Below are positions 24,881 to 38,349 of a stretch of 64,000 nt of DNA, in pieces. The position numbers and the translations under genes were made by a program. Location of the stretch: assembly GCF_009834535.1 (NCBI RefSeq), contig NC_045697.1, forward strand, positions 35,404,001 to 35,468,000, given 5' to 3'. Under the pieces are notes generated by a model. The model was not told where the DNA came from. It saw only the letters and a program-made list of their open reading frames with translations, and ran no database searches. The DNA is from Camelus ferus. Its lineage: Eukaryota. The stretch's first letter is position 1. Every line of letters starts with the position of its first letter.

Positions 24881-26994
24881 TCTTTTATGCTGCAGTCACA
24901 GATCCAAAGTCTCCAGATTGATATCTAAGGTTGTTGCCTGTCCTTTGCAGGTTGGCAGTGGTCTCTCTCCCTCTTACTGACCTTTTCATCTGCAGTGTAT
25001 CTGAAACCCACAGGAAAGAGGGCTCCTGTTTTTAGAAGGAAGGAGACAGGGCAAACCTAAACAGTGACTCTCAACTACAGTACACCATTGGCTTTAACAA
25101 CAACATTTTTTTCTTTTTCCATATTATTGAGTAGAATTGAGGTTTCAGGAGGATGGGCCAGGTAACCCACGGTTTGGAAGACCCCTGAGCCTTCCAGGTG
25201 GAATCCCAGTTAGAGGCCCCACCCTGCGCCGCTCGGTCATGCTCTTGTCCTGTCCCAGGAACGTTTAGGATGAATGCTGATTTTGATAACCTTTCATTTT
25301 GTCCAATTTTGTTTCTCTTTTTTGGCAGTGACATGGTAATGGCCCCATGTTCTATCTCCCATCCCCACCCCAAAAGCCATACTAATTTAGTTCATCATTT
25401 TCATTGTCATCAAAATGCCTTTGTAAGTACGTATCTGTGCATAGTGCTGTGTTAAAAACTTTTATACCTGAGAGCATTGATTACTGGCCAACTGGAGTTT
25501 AGTTAATAATAAAATACTTTCATGAATCTTTAGTGACAAGAGGAAAGAGGTGTACTTGAAAAAAACATTGGTGTTTTGTATCTTTTCTGCATAATCTTTT
25601 CTCTTAAAAAAAAGTTGGTAGATGGTTTTAGATTTCAGCAGTTTTACTGTCTTTTTATTTAATATTAAAGCTCTCTCACTGTGTGCATGCTTGTTAACAA
25701 CCTTGGGTGGGAGATGCTGCTGCAACATCATTCCCTTGATGGGGTTGAAGACACATGGACACTTTTACTCCTATCATAAATACACTAGAATGGACGAAGG
25801 GGCTGAGGATTGGGAATTAAAATGTGTGAATTATCCCCAGCGTGGCCACAACAAGTTGTCTGACCTTGTTTAGGCTAGTTTTCCAGATAAAGGAGAATTT
25901 CTGAGGAATTGGACAAAAAGACATGAAATGTTGAGCTTCCTTCTCAGCTCCTGAAAGCAGTCTTAGTGGTTTTCCTCCCAGTACAATCACATTTTTAATA
26001 GAGGTTAGTTCTGAAGTCCATATGTCAGGCGAAAATCACCAGTATTAAAACTATCACTGGAAACACTTGCAGAAGGTACCCCCTGATTGGAGATCATCTC
26101 CAGCGCTGCACTTAGAGCAGCATTTAGAACATGTGGCCGGCTCTTCAGCTGAGTGCCAGTGGAAGCAGCTGGCTTACGTTCAGGGACCGTTTTATGAAAA
26201 ATATCTCTCTTTAAATATGCAGCTCCTACAGTGCTGTGAGATGCTTGACATGTGATTGGCATGTGGAAACCGGGCCAGCCCAGGACTGTGAGATTCTTGT
26301 TGTCTGTCTCTTGCTTATTAAGTAGAGGCCTCCAGGGCACTTACTGGGACAACTGACTCTTCTTCTCTCTTTCTCTCTCCTTGCCAAGCAATTACGTTGA
26401 ATTTGTGTGAGTTAAGTGTGGATATCCTGCACTCCCACTGTACTCACGGTGTCTCCTCTCCTCTTTCACTTCCACTGTCTACCTCAAGGCCCTGATCATT
26501 TGGCACCTCAGGCACTTCCAGTCTTCTTCAAAGGCCACTCTAAATCCAGGCCACACACTTGCTGTAGGGTTATCTTTCTAAAAACTGATGAAAACACTTC
26601 TGTGGCATCTAGACTCACAGCAGTGCTTCTTAAACTTCACGCTTGTTCTGCTCTGGCAGAATTATTCTGGATTCTGGGAGCGTAACTTGGTTTGGTAATG
26701 TTTTTGTTTTCATGTAAAACAGCTATAGATGAATTACCATTGAGAGAATTGATGCTGCTTGAATGTGCCATGTTTATCTGTTACATTTGCATACCCTTTG
26801 GTGGCCCAGTTGGAAATACAAGTCTTTAGGAGATTAAACTCTTACGCAAGATTCAGAGCTGCCTTTTCCTGACCTGGCCTGCCTTTTGAGTCTCCTCTGT
26901 TACCATACTCTTCTCACAAATGAAGATCTAATGGTGTTAATGCACTGAGATGCCCTGAGCATTTTGGATTTAAGTCTTGATGCCTTTGTACCTG

Positions 26995-27520
26995 CATTCG
27001 TTTATTCCTTGAGTATTTACTGAGCACCCGATGTGTCCCAGTTATTGCTCTAGGTACTTGGGATACAACAGTGTACAGGACCAAGTTCTGGCCTTCATAA
27101 AGCTTACATTCTACACAAGAGGAAGCTGAGAAACAAAGATGACATAAAATCAGGTGATACTAGTGCCAGAAAGAGAAGTAAAGCATGGTGAAGTGATTGA
27201 TAGATAGTGAAGAAGGGGTCCTGTTTGTTGGATCTGGCAAAGTTCCGTAAGAAGGTAATATTTAAATTGCAACCTGGTAAAGTGCGAGAGCAAGTCATGT
27301 TATTATTAGTTGAAAAAGAGCTCAACACAAAGAGAACAACAGCATGTGCAAAGGCCCTGAGGCCTGAGCATCCTTGGAGTGTCCACAGAACAGTAAGAAG
27401 CTTACTGTGATTGAGAAGAGTGAGCAAGGGGAAAACGGGTAAGAGATGAAATTGGATAGATGCGTAGAGGTGGAGTGTGCAAGGCCCTGAGTCCATGATA
27501 AGGACTTTTCTTTTGCCTCG
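26995..27520 (-). mobile_element. L2 fossil
   Basis: tatttactgagcacc..gtgtcccag..ctaggtacttgggatacaacagtg..aacagcatgtgcaaaggccctgagg. Confidence 0.75.
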
Positions 27521-27792
27521 AATACCTTCGCCTTTCATCTGTAACTTTTGGGTGAGGTTGGAATTAATTTTAATTTGTTCCCCATGGTAGCTAGTTTCTC
27601 CTCTGTTTACTGAATAAGTATCTCTCTCCCCACTGATTGGAAATGCCATTTAATCATGTACTAATTACATGTGTGTTTATACATACATACAAACATACAG
27701 GCATGCATGCAGACGTATATTTATTAGCTCTCTTCCACTGACTTGTCTTCTTGCACACGTACCGTACTGTTAAAATTACTGGATCTTTATAC

Positions 27793-28008
27793 CAGGCATT
27801 GGCAAGTTACAGCCCGTGGGCCAAACTGAGCCCACCACCTGTTTTTCATAAATAAAGTTTTATGGGAACACAGCCACATCCCTTTGTTTATTATGTATTG
27901 TTTATGGCTGCTTTTGAGCTTCAATGGCAAAGAAGTTGCAACAGAGATACTATGGCCAACAAAGCCTAGAATATTTAAGATCTGGCCATAAGAATTTACC
28001 AACCTCTG
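27793..28008 (+). mobile_element. MER58A (hAT-Charlie) nested in an old L1M
   Basis: CAGG..GGCAA..GGGCCAAA..AATAAAGTTTTATGGGAACACAGCCAC..CCAACCTCTG; imperfect 8-bp TSD ctttatac/ctttatgt. Confidence 0.8.
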
Positions 28009-29649
28009 CTTTATGTTACATATTGATATTTGATGGGGCAAGTTCTTCCTCATTCTTCTTTTTCAACAATTTTTTGGCAAGTCAAGCATATTTGTTCTTT
28101 CAGGTGAACTTGAGAATCAATCTGCCAAGCTTGCCTGACTCCCTTCCTTTTCCTCCACTTCTTTTGGGCTAGGGAACAAGGAGGCCGGGAGAATAGGCAT
28201 TTGGTTGCATTTAACTTGCAGTTTAGTAAAGGGTGAAGTGATCACTTTATAATACTGAATCTTTCCATTCCAGGGATATAATATCTCGGCATTTATGTCC
28301 TTCGGTTAACTTGTACTGTTTCTTCTTTTGGATGTTGCATTATTCCTACATGTATTATTGCCTTTTGTTGTTGTCATAACTGAAATCACCTCCCAGCTGT
28401 ATTTTACAAGTGACTATTTATGGCATGAAGGAAAGGTTCGGATTTTTATGTATTTAAATTGTTTCTGACTCTCTTACAGAAGTAAACTCCTATTAGGACT
28501 GTTAATTTTTAAATTTGCTTCTTTTGGTTCATGGTCATTGTGTGAACTTACCAATAATTGTTTTATTCCTTATATGTCTCTGTCTGTACTGTGGGATTTT
28601 GTACCGAGGGTAGCTTGGGGGAAATGGACTTTGACCCTCTTCAGTGGCATTCACTTTTTTCTATTATACTGTTAGGTACAGCAAATGGTAATAAAAAACA
28701 AACCCCCCCAAAACCGAGAAGACTTTATGCCCAGTCAGCACTTGTTGATCGTTTTAAGAACACCCAGAAGATCATTTAGGCAAGCTGTTAATCAAGCAGG
28801 CTGTGCCTTTTTTGCAGAGCCATTTGTTGCTCTTAGTGCAGAATGTAAGGTTTGCATGTCACACAGGAGAGTCCAGCCCAGTCACTGCTTTACTGTGGAG
28901 GGCCGTTTGATCATGGACTGAATTAACCGAGCTTTTATCCTCTGGAGTTGAGATGTGAGCAGGAGATTTTTATAAATCAGTTAGTACTTTCCTAAATACG
29001 TTCTCTGTAAAGCATTTGATCTTTACCCTTAACATCTATTCCTTAAGGATGTGGAATCTATTTTAGATTTCAAGGTCTGTTACTTGCCCTGAGCACTGAG
29101 CAGATGAACCATAAATTCAATATATGTTAACCTTTGTGGATTTATGTTTTAATGCCATTTTGGTCTCTTTTCTCCCCCCTGAATCTGTCTCCTTCTTCGT
29201 GTCTTAACCGTGGTGAAACTAAAGAAAAAATATTCATGTTGCTAGTTCCTTCTCTCTCTTATTTTTTTGGTGAAGTGATAAGGTGGTTATGGTATTAGAC
29301 CCCGGATATGTAAATAGAGAATTGCTGACATACATTCTGTGGCTTGTGACATGAACCTGGTTACTCTTGTTGCCTGTAAAGTGAAACTTCACGGACAGAA
29401 CCTGATCTTAAATGCTTTTGTTTATTTTCTCCACTGTTGAGATTATCTCCCACTGTCATTATGAACATCAGTGGGTGATGTGTGACTGCAGAAATGTCAT
29501 CATAGGCTGTAGAGATGATCAGCCCATGGGCCTCAGTCACAGAGGAAGCTCCAACTTTGATGTGAGGCTTGACTTGGACCTACAGAAAGTAGAGACCATT
29601 GTAGATAGCTCTGTGGTGTGGAAAATAGTATAACTGAATAGAGTGATAA

Positions 29650-29830
29650 TTGATATCTTTTATTGGGCACATACTGTGGTCCAGGCATTACATTCACTGT
29701 TTGCCCCATGTAGGTATTGTAATCTCATTTTAGGGATGAGGACATTGAGATTTAGGTTAAGTAACTGGTAGACCTGAGTAACAGTTCAAACTGTTAGACA
29801 TCAGAGTCAGGTTGTAAAACACAGTGATAT
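29650..29830 (-). mobile_element. MIR fragment
   Basis: gtaggtattgtaatctcattttagggatgaggacattgagatttaggttaagtaact. Confidence 0.55.
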
Positions 29831-31914
29831 TGTGGCAGAGATCCTGTATGTGTGTAGAAGAATTTAGCAATTTTAATTCGTTTAGATTCTCCTGTATGAA
29901 TTTTGACAGTTGAATTAACATTAGGGGGTTCTGGAGACCTCACTGCTACAATGATATTTGGCAAGCCCGTTCTCTTTTCCCTTCTACGTGGCCTCAGTGA
30001 AAAGAGATCTAGACCCTTAAGTTTTCTGTTTTTGTTTTTTGGGGGGCCCAGGAGTTTATATTTCAAGATGTGAATGTAGAATATCATTTGTCTTCCAGTT
30101 TTTAAATTGGGATAGTACAAAAGGGGGGTTATGGCTTGGTGGTAGATGCCAGGGGCTGGGGTGGTGTAAGATTAAGCTCCCCAAAGCCTTTGCAGGTCAG
30201 GAGGGGGCTGTTGCTTCTAGCTTAAGAGCCCCCTACCCAGCTTCCAGGTTTATGAAATACAAGCATAAGTAAATAAATACACACACGTATGTGCACCCAA
30301 ACACCCCACATGCTTTTTAATCTTTTTCTGTGCAAGTGCACTAATTAACATGGAAACTCAGGGTTCTGTGCACATTATGTTATCATTTACCTTCAATATG
30401 GCTAGACTATTCAGATGCCAAATAACTGACACTTTTCTGTATTTGAGGCCCTGCCCTGGTTATCTCTCAGCCAAACACTTTGCTGCTTTGGACCTTTCTC
30501 GATGGCTGTGCCTGTGGTGTCAGGCCACAGGCTCCCTCTGGGCCGGCCGGATACACGCACGTGTACGTGTACCTGGACGACTGCTGCTCCTGACAGTGGC
30601 CTGTGGGTGTCAGGGGCTTTGCTGCCTGCTGGCCCGTCTGCCCTCCAGGCCAGCGCAGACCTGGATTCCTGGCTCGATTTAGAAAAGAAAGTGATGCTTT
30701 CTAAATACTGGCAGGCAAGTCAGCTTGCTTTCCAGATTTGGAGCAGCAGCCCCAAGAGTCCAGCCCCAGCAGAGGCAACTTGAAAATTGTAGTGTCTGCT
30801 CTTTGCATCTGATGTGTGTCCCGAATAAAATATTCCAGTGAGGGGCAATGCTTTTCTTTTTTATCAGAATGGCATAACTTTGAGAGTTAGAGTATCTTTT
30901 CAAGGTTACTTTCAGACTAACCCTTTCTAATCTGTATGATAGTAAAGAAAAGGAACTAATGTAAATCCTGATTTTATGAAAATATCTCTGTTGATGCTTA
31001 TTCAAATATGAAATTATTCATAGACTTTTAACTCATATTCACATAGCCTAGTATGTATGCAAGCATACTTAACTTTATAAAAAAACATTTGAAATTGGAG
31101 ATTCAAAAGTCTAACGTTTTAACTTAAAAGTTTAATGTTGTGCAGGATTGTAAGACAGAGCAACTTAATTCGTCTTGTGTGTATGACTTGGTGTGCAGTT
31201 CTGAAGTTGTTAGAGATGCTACGTGGAGACAGTCTGATTTGTTTCTCTGTGAGTGTGAGCTCTGCCCTTGTGCTTCTGGTTCTATGGCACGTTTTACTAT
31301 CGCAGTGCAGATAACTATAAACTCCCTCACAGGGCGCTGGGTGCTTGCAGCTGAGTCCTTTGATCTGTCCATCTTGTTAGATAGCAGGGGGAGGGGCCTA
31401 GATTCCCTTTCTGCTTAGCTGTATAAGAGCCAACAAAATGAGTATATTGTAAGAAATGCTGAATGGTTGAGATGCTTTCCTGTTATTTCTTTCCAGGAGC
31501 TTGATGTTGTGTTTGGTTCTGGAGAAGAGAAAGGGAAAGAGAAAGTGAACATGTTTCATTTGAGATCTGTCTTCCATTTGTGTGACTTGTTTAATTTGCT
31601 GACATTGATACTTTTCTATCAGGCTCAACTTCGTTGCTCATAGGATATTATAACTACTGAAGTATTTTTGTTTTACCTTATAATTCACATGAACATTTGA
31701 TGAACTTGAACATTTGGTTGGGAACTTAACTTTATTGTCAGACTATTTCTAAGAGGTTGGTAGTTGCATGTTGTATCTTATTTATTAAGTATCAATGGAG
31801 ATAGTATTCAGTTGTATCAAAACGTGTTTATCTTTACTTCTGAACTCTTTTTTAATAGTCTTTTTGCAGTATGGGAAATAAATGACACTGAATTTTCCCT
31901 TTTTTCTTTTAAAG

Positions 31915-31985
31915 ACTTTCAGTTGAACTCTCATCTCTCAACACTGGCAAATATTCATAAGATCTACCACACCCTTAATAAGCTA
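31915..31985 (+). CDS. DCUN1D4: DCUN1D4 exon 2 ([24 protein letters not shown])
   Basis: Polypyrimidine tract plus aaag acceptor, 71 nt, donor GTAAGT at 31986; frame continuous with exon 1. Confidence 0.96.
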
Positions 31986-32162
31986 GTAAGTCAATCTTTT
32001 AAAGACAAACTACCAGCTATTTAAAGTAGTTGTTTTAAGTGTATTTGATAAAAATTTAAATTATGGATATTATGATATTGGCTGTTTATGAAAATACTGA
32101 ATTTTAAAATTTGCTGCATGGCATATGTGATTTCTTGGTAATAATGAACATATTTCTTGCAG

Positions 32163-32202
32163 AATCTAACAGAAGACGTTGGCCAAGACGATCACCAAAC
32201 AG
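32163..32202 (+). CDS. DCUN1D4: DCUN1D4 exon 3 (NLTEDVGQDDHQT-G)
   Basis: tttcttgcag acceptor, 40 nt, donor GTATCT; frame continuous. Confidence 0.95.
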
Positions 32203-32667
32203 GTATCTGTAAATGCTAACACTACTTAATTTTAAATAAACTTCCTAATACAAAGTTATGAAGAAGAAACGCCAGCTGAGAATGCTCTGTGTTATTACAG
32301 CACATTCCATTAACAAGTTGTTACTTGGTTGAGGATGTTTTTCAGGGTGTATGAAGGCAGCCATGTTACAGCTCCTTCCCACCAGGAAAGCAGTTCTGGT
32401 TTAGGACAGAGAACTTCAGTGCCTTTAAAGGGAAACCTCTAGGGATTCTCTTCAGTGGTTTCAAGATACCGTTTCTCTACCGAAGTATTTTAGTTAATAC
32501 CAAAAAGTTGCTACTGTAATGCAGTTGAAAAGTATTCCATAGATGTTTGTTGAATTGAGATGTAAAATGAATTGACGGGTAGGGAGGGGTGTTTGTGTGT
32601 GTTGTGTAGGTTGTGAGGATTTCTGAATGGGAAAATTGCAAGTTGATTATTGTAAACAGTTCTTTAG

Positions 32668-32862
32668 CCCCTTGGTTCTCAGGCTCCAGCTGGCATCATG
32701 GTTGCCTGGGGAGGGCTTGTTAGAACAGGTTGCTAGGCTCTGCCCCCCCCTCCCCGTTCCTGACTCTGGAGGTCTGGGCTGGGGTCCCAAAGCCTGCATT
32801 CCTCACCAGCTCCCGGGCCATGCTGATGCAGCTGGTCTGGGGGCCACAATGTGAGAACCCCT
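32668..32862. mobile_element. MER5A (hAT-Charlie)
   Basis: tggttctca..gagggcttgttagaaca..ggtctgggctggggtccc..tgctgatgcagctggtctgggggccacaatgtgagaacc. Confidence 0.75.
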
Positions 32863-35800
32863 TCTCTAAACCGTTGATGGTCATGAAGTTCAGAAACTTG
32901 CACTTGATCTGTAGTTATGAAAATTTCTAGGAAGAATTGTTAAAATGTATTTTAAATTTGTTGAAAAATACCACAGGTATATATGAATACGTGCTTGTTA
33001 GAGAGTTGTGAATAGCACAAAAGCAAATGGAATAAAAAGTGCCAGTCCTCCTAAACGGCTCCCAGTCCAGCCTTCCCCCGGTACGCCAGTTTAATGTTTG
33101 TTCCTTCAGACATTTTTGTACCTGCATGTATTTTTATGGTAGTGGGTTTTTTAAATTTAGCATCAATGAGCTCATACTGTACATTCGATGTAACACTGTT
33201 CTTTCATTTAATTTTTTATTTAATGGTATGTCTTGGAGGTTGTTGGGATCTAGACCTGTCCCTCCCCTCCAGATGGGTTCAGGCACAAGATGGAGATTAA
33301 AGTAACAGTTTTGTTGGAAAACAGCCTGGATGAGCAGCAAAAAATGCAGAGGCTTTTCAGTATTTCACCTGAATTAAATAGCCTTAGATGCTGCCACAAG
33401 TAGTTAGGCACCACCCTCTTGCTGGCCCGCCTCAAACTCCCCACTAATGACAGAGGAAGGGTGTCAGCTTCTGCTGGCCAGCTGATCCGAAAGGGAGTTC
33501 AGCTGGGGCTGGGCCCTTCTGCTCAGTTCCTCCTCACTGGACTACCAGCTACATCGGACTCTCCACTCCTTCCAGGGGAGGGGGTGAGCGGAGGGGGCAG
33601 AGACCATGATGAGTGTGTTCTAGAAGGCCAGGCCGCAGAGGGTCCCTTCACCTGATCTTTCTGTTTCAGTAAATATAGGTCAGCTCAAAGGTGGTCAAAA
33701 ACAGCTTCCTTAATAACTTTGAAAGTGATTTATTCACATGGTTTTAAAAGAAGTGTGAGAGGTGTAAACAGACAGCGGAGGCTTCTGTCCCGTTGTATGA
33801 GCCCTAGCTCCCGTCCCCACTGGCGCTCCACCCTTGACTCTCCAGACACAACTCCTAGGCTCTTGTATTTGCTTCCTGAATGATGATGACACTGATATAT
33901 TTTCCCCAAGTACAAGTGTACATTTCTGTTGTCCTCTTGTTTCTGTCAGTATATCTTGGAGATCTTTTCATAGCAGCACATTTATAAAGCTTTATTTTTT
34001 AATGACTGCTTGATTTTCTATTCCATATTTAAGTGTGTGTAACTTTTAGCTACTACCAATAATGCTGAATATAATTTTCAGGGCCAGTTTTAATAGTCCA
34101 GAAAAAGCGCAGTTCTCTCATATTCTGAAACAGTATATTGGTAGGCATTGGAGATTTTTTTAAACTTCAGAGTTAGTGTAGTTTTGACTTTTTTTAAAAC
34201 CAAATTTTGTATTTGTAAAGGCTTTGGGTTGTCTTTCCCTTGGCTAAGGTAATAAAACATCAGGGTTCTGAGTCTTATACGTTACGTAGTGAACGTTGAG
34301 CTTTGGATTTAAATGAGTGTTGTTACGATAGTAATTTCATATCTAAATATTTAAACTGAATGTGGCAGTTTAATAATTGTAAGCTATAATTAAGGAAGAC
34401 GAAAGTGGAGAGTGTGTTTGGCCTCGTGCCTCCTTTTCCGCCCTTGGGGACAGTGGACATGTCTGGTGTTTGGTGCACGACATGCTGGCGCTGCGCCTGG
34501 TACCTCGGACGTGCCAGTCAGTGTCAGTTAGCATTAGTAATTTCGTAGAGTAGTCCAGTTCATTAATGTTCCCCCATCTGGTTACAGCATCACGTGTGAT
34601 CACCGTACCTGACAGAGTATACTTTAAAAGTTAAACAACATAAGATCTCTAATGTTTGGAAATGTGAGAAAGTTCATCACTGTAGTGCCTCTTCAAATCT
34701 CTTGGCTCAACAGTAGTCTGAGAGTTTCTATAACAACTGTATATGGAAGAGCCAAACCAAGTGCAAAAGAGGCCAGTGTCTTCCTGCTCTGTCTCCTCTA
34801 ACACTTTACTTTGGTGCTTTCCGTCTTCCTCCCACCAAAAAAAAAAGGAGGGGGAAAAAAGGAGAGAGAGCGTGTAGGTTAATATTGGAGAAGTAGCCCA
34901 AAATACTGGGAGTGAACTTAAAAAGCTAAAGAGGACCAAAAAAACATGATGAAGGAGGATGATAGTTGTTGAAAGTCAGTGTTATTTAGAGAGAAAGGAA
35001 AGGAAGTATTTTGGTCTTAAACAGTAGGATAAAAATTGCATATTTAGACACTAATAGTTTTACTCAAGCAAGCAAGTAGTTCAGTGATCTGTTCAGGAAA
35101 TTGAAATAAAATATTAGGTACTGATAAGATGTCTTAAAATTCAGCCTATTTATCAACTTAAATTACTATGTCTTTGTGACATTGGTTCAGTGAAAAAGAA
35201 GGTGAAATAGCTGTATGAAAAGTATTGAAGTGGTAAAGTGTACCATATAAAATGTTATTAAGTGAATCAAGGCTATATGATACAACAGACTCATTAAAAT
35301 GAAAATTAGTGAGATTTTTATATTGGAATATGCATTTATACTAAGTTCAGGAAAGTCAGAAAAATTTTCTAATTGTATAGATCTCTTATTTGGGGATGAT
35401 TAGAAACTTGGCACACAATTTAATATGTCTTAAAGGAAATGAATCCTGCACAGGACTTTTTTTTTCACTTGAGGCTCACAAGCAAAAAGATTTTTTAAAA
35501 AAGAAAGTAGTGGCACACCTACTTAGATATACTGTTTATTAAGAATAACATGCTTAGTTAAATTAACAAAACAGCCAGCTGCATAGGTATTAAAAGGTCT
35601 TCAGTCTGATCCAGGTGAACTCAAATTGCTCTTTAAAATTGATTTTTCTGGGACCAAATATTAGAATAGATATGATAAAAATGTTGGCAGTATTTCTAAT
35701 TGTTTAATGTGGGGAGAATAGTTATATTCATTGACTACCTGGTTTACTTGAAAATACTGTCAGTTACTAAAATACTTTATTTGTTCTCTTTGAACATTGA

Positions 35801-38349
35801 ACCAAAAAGAAATGAACCTGAACGCAAGTCCTAACCTTTGGGTAAAAAATATAAACAATCTGTGTTGTCTTCCTGAGGATCATACAGACACCTCTGCATC
35901 AAGAAAGAGTTTCTAATGATGGGGGAGTTGGGAAGGTTGATTTCAGAGTCCCTGTCCAGCTAATGTATGGATGTTGCAGACTGAGCACCAAAGACCTGGC
36001 ACAGTAACACGGAGGAGCCTGGGTCTTAGTCGGGTTTACTAGCTGGGATGATTTGTGTCTTCCTCTTCCCACTTCTCTGTTATATAGGAAAAGCCTTTCC
36101 CTCTTTCATAAGACGTTTCTGATGTAATGTAGTTGGATCCCTGAAGTCTATTTCACCACTGTTTTTTCTTGGGTGATTGGCAAAGATTGAAAACTTGCAG
36201 CCCTATTATTTTAAATTAATTTCGCGTTTCTTGAAGTTCATTAGGAAGTCGCTTTTATTTGTTAAGTATTTATTTGAATAGGAGCTTTAGTTGCTCAACT
36301 TTATCGGCTAGTTTTCTTATTCGTAGAATTGGGGTGGTAATAACACCTCTTTGGTTTGTGAAGATGACTTTGAAAGTGCTTTGTAGTTATTATTTTAAAA
36401 TGTCAACCTTAATATTTTGTCTCTATCTGTAATGTCAGCTTGTTTGTGCCTAAGTAGATATTTTTAGTGAGTTAGAATAGCTTATTCTTTGAAGCAGGTA
36501 GACATTCCATAACAGTCTTGTTTATATTACTTGCTTACTTAATTTTTTTTAGTTTAAAAATAAAGGGTAGATAAAGTAATGCAAGTTTTGAGTCAGTAAA
36601 GTCTAAATTTAATGATATAAATAAGTACAAATTTGTAAAACATTCATTTAGCTTTAAGTGTTTATATTATAAAGACATCACAGAGTTATTTTAAGAAGCA
36701 AACATTCTTGAATATTTGTATATAAAAAAAAAAATCCTACCTGCCAGGAAACTTTAAGTCGAGTGCTTGCCTTAACTGATGAATGGGGGGAAAATCTGAA
36801 ATGGTGATGTGTTACCTATTCATAGAGGTTTCAAATCAATGGAAATGTACTGATTTGAGCAGAATTTGATTGACACAAATTTTGAATAAATGTTTTAGGA
36901 ACACATTTATTCAAAAACTTTTTTTGGAAGGTTGACCGTAGGACTGTTAGTGATGTGTGTGTCTTATTATTACCGTGGTAAGATGCTGCATTAGCTGCTC
37001 CATCTGCATAGGTGAGCCAGGCGGGGCCTACAAACAGGTGTACTTTCGTGCATGAACTTAAAGACCCGAGTTGTTGCTCTTGCTCAGGTAGGCTCCCTAG
37101 AGCCATGCTGGGGGTGGGGGAGCAGATTTCGGGCCACCAGGCCTTGAGTTGTGTGCCCTCTGTGTGTTTTTGTTGACTTGGTTCATGTTGTCAAATTATT
37201 TGAAGTAAACTTGTTTTCCTCAGCATTAAAAAATTGATTTTGAGGTAGCCTGAAACTTTTCACTGTCATACTGGGCCCTAGGGTTCTCCCTGTGGAGCTG
37301 TGCTCTGTCGTCCTTTGGACCTTCACAGGGGTGTGACTTTGACTCATCCTTCCTGGGAGAGGGGTGAGAGGTCAGTGAGCCAGTGGTACCTGAGCTGTAA
37401 TGGTCACTGGGATGAGAAGACACCGTTTCATTGTGAAAGATGCCCCTAGCAGTCACTTGCTTATTATGGCAGGTTAGAGTGGAGGGATCTGAACAAATGC
37501 CACGGGAATAAATGAAAATAAAATGCCAAATGTGGGATAATTTGGGGCTAAAATACGAGTAAGTTTTACACAGACATCAGGAAAAGTGATTCGGGAAACT
37601 TTAACAGAAAGCGTTCATCAGTAAGGAAAAAAAACCTGAAAAAGTTAACTTAGGATGTTTGCATGTTTACCGGAGGCATACTCTCTCTTGTGGGGTAGGA
37701 GTCAGTGAGAGCCAGGCGTAGTACCGGTGTTTCTGCGGAGAGACAGATAGTAGAGGAGCTGGTGGATTGATCTTTATTGGTGAATGTTGGTGAAGACATT
37801 GTTTTAAATACTGTCCGTCTTCCCACGGGCCGAGGGGAAAAGTGCATTTCCTCTGCGTTCTGCAAACACTGATGGACGGGAGGGGTTCCTGCCTCCGGTA
37901 AGGCGAGGCGTACTTTCTCATTCCGCAGGCCCCACCCCAAGGCATTAGGGACAGGAAGGAATCTTGTCTTGTCTGTGGGTGGCTGTCCAGACCTTTCTGT
38001 GTGCCTCAGTGTACGCGGGGTTGTCGCCCACGGGGGAGAGGAGCGGGGTGCACAGGGGTGGCAGCCGTGTCCTGTGTGGCTGACCATCCGGGCCCGCCCC
38101 CCCGCCCCTGGTGCTCTCTCCTCCTTGACTTCCCTTGGTTACACTGGCTCAGGTTTTCTCCCCACCTCGGGCTTCCCCTTCCTTCCCAGCCCCAATGTCC
38201 ACACTCCACTCCCCGGGGCTGTGGCCTCGGGTCCCTGCTTCTCAGTCTCTGCTGTCAGGGCCACGTGGAGGTGGCCGGGGGTTTGGGCCTTGCTGCCAGG
38301 CTGCTCAGGTTCCTTCCTTAACTTCACCTCCTGCTTTCCAGCTGCTCCT

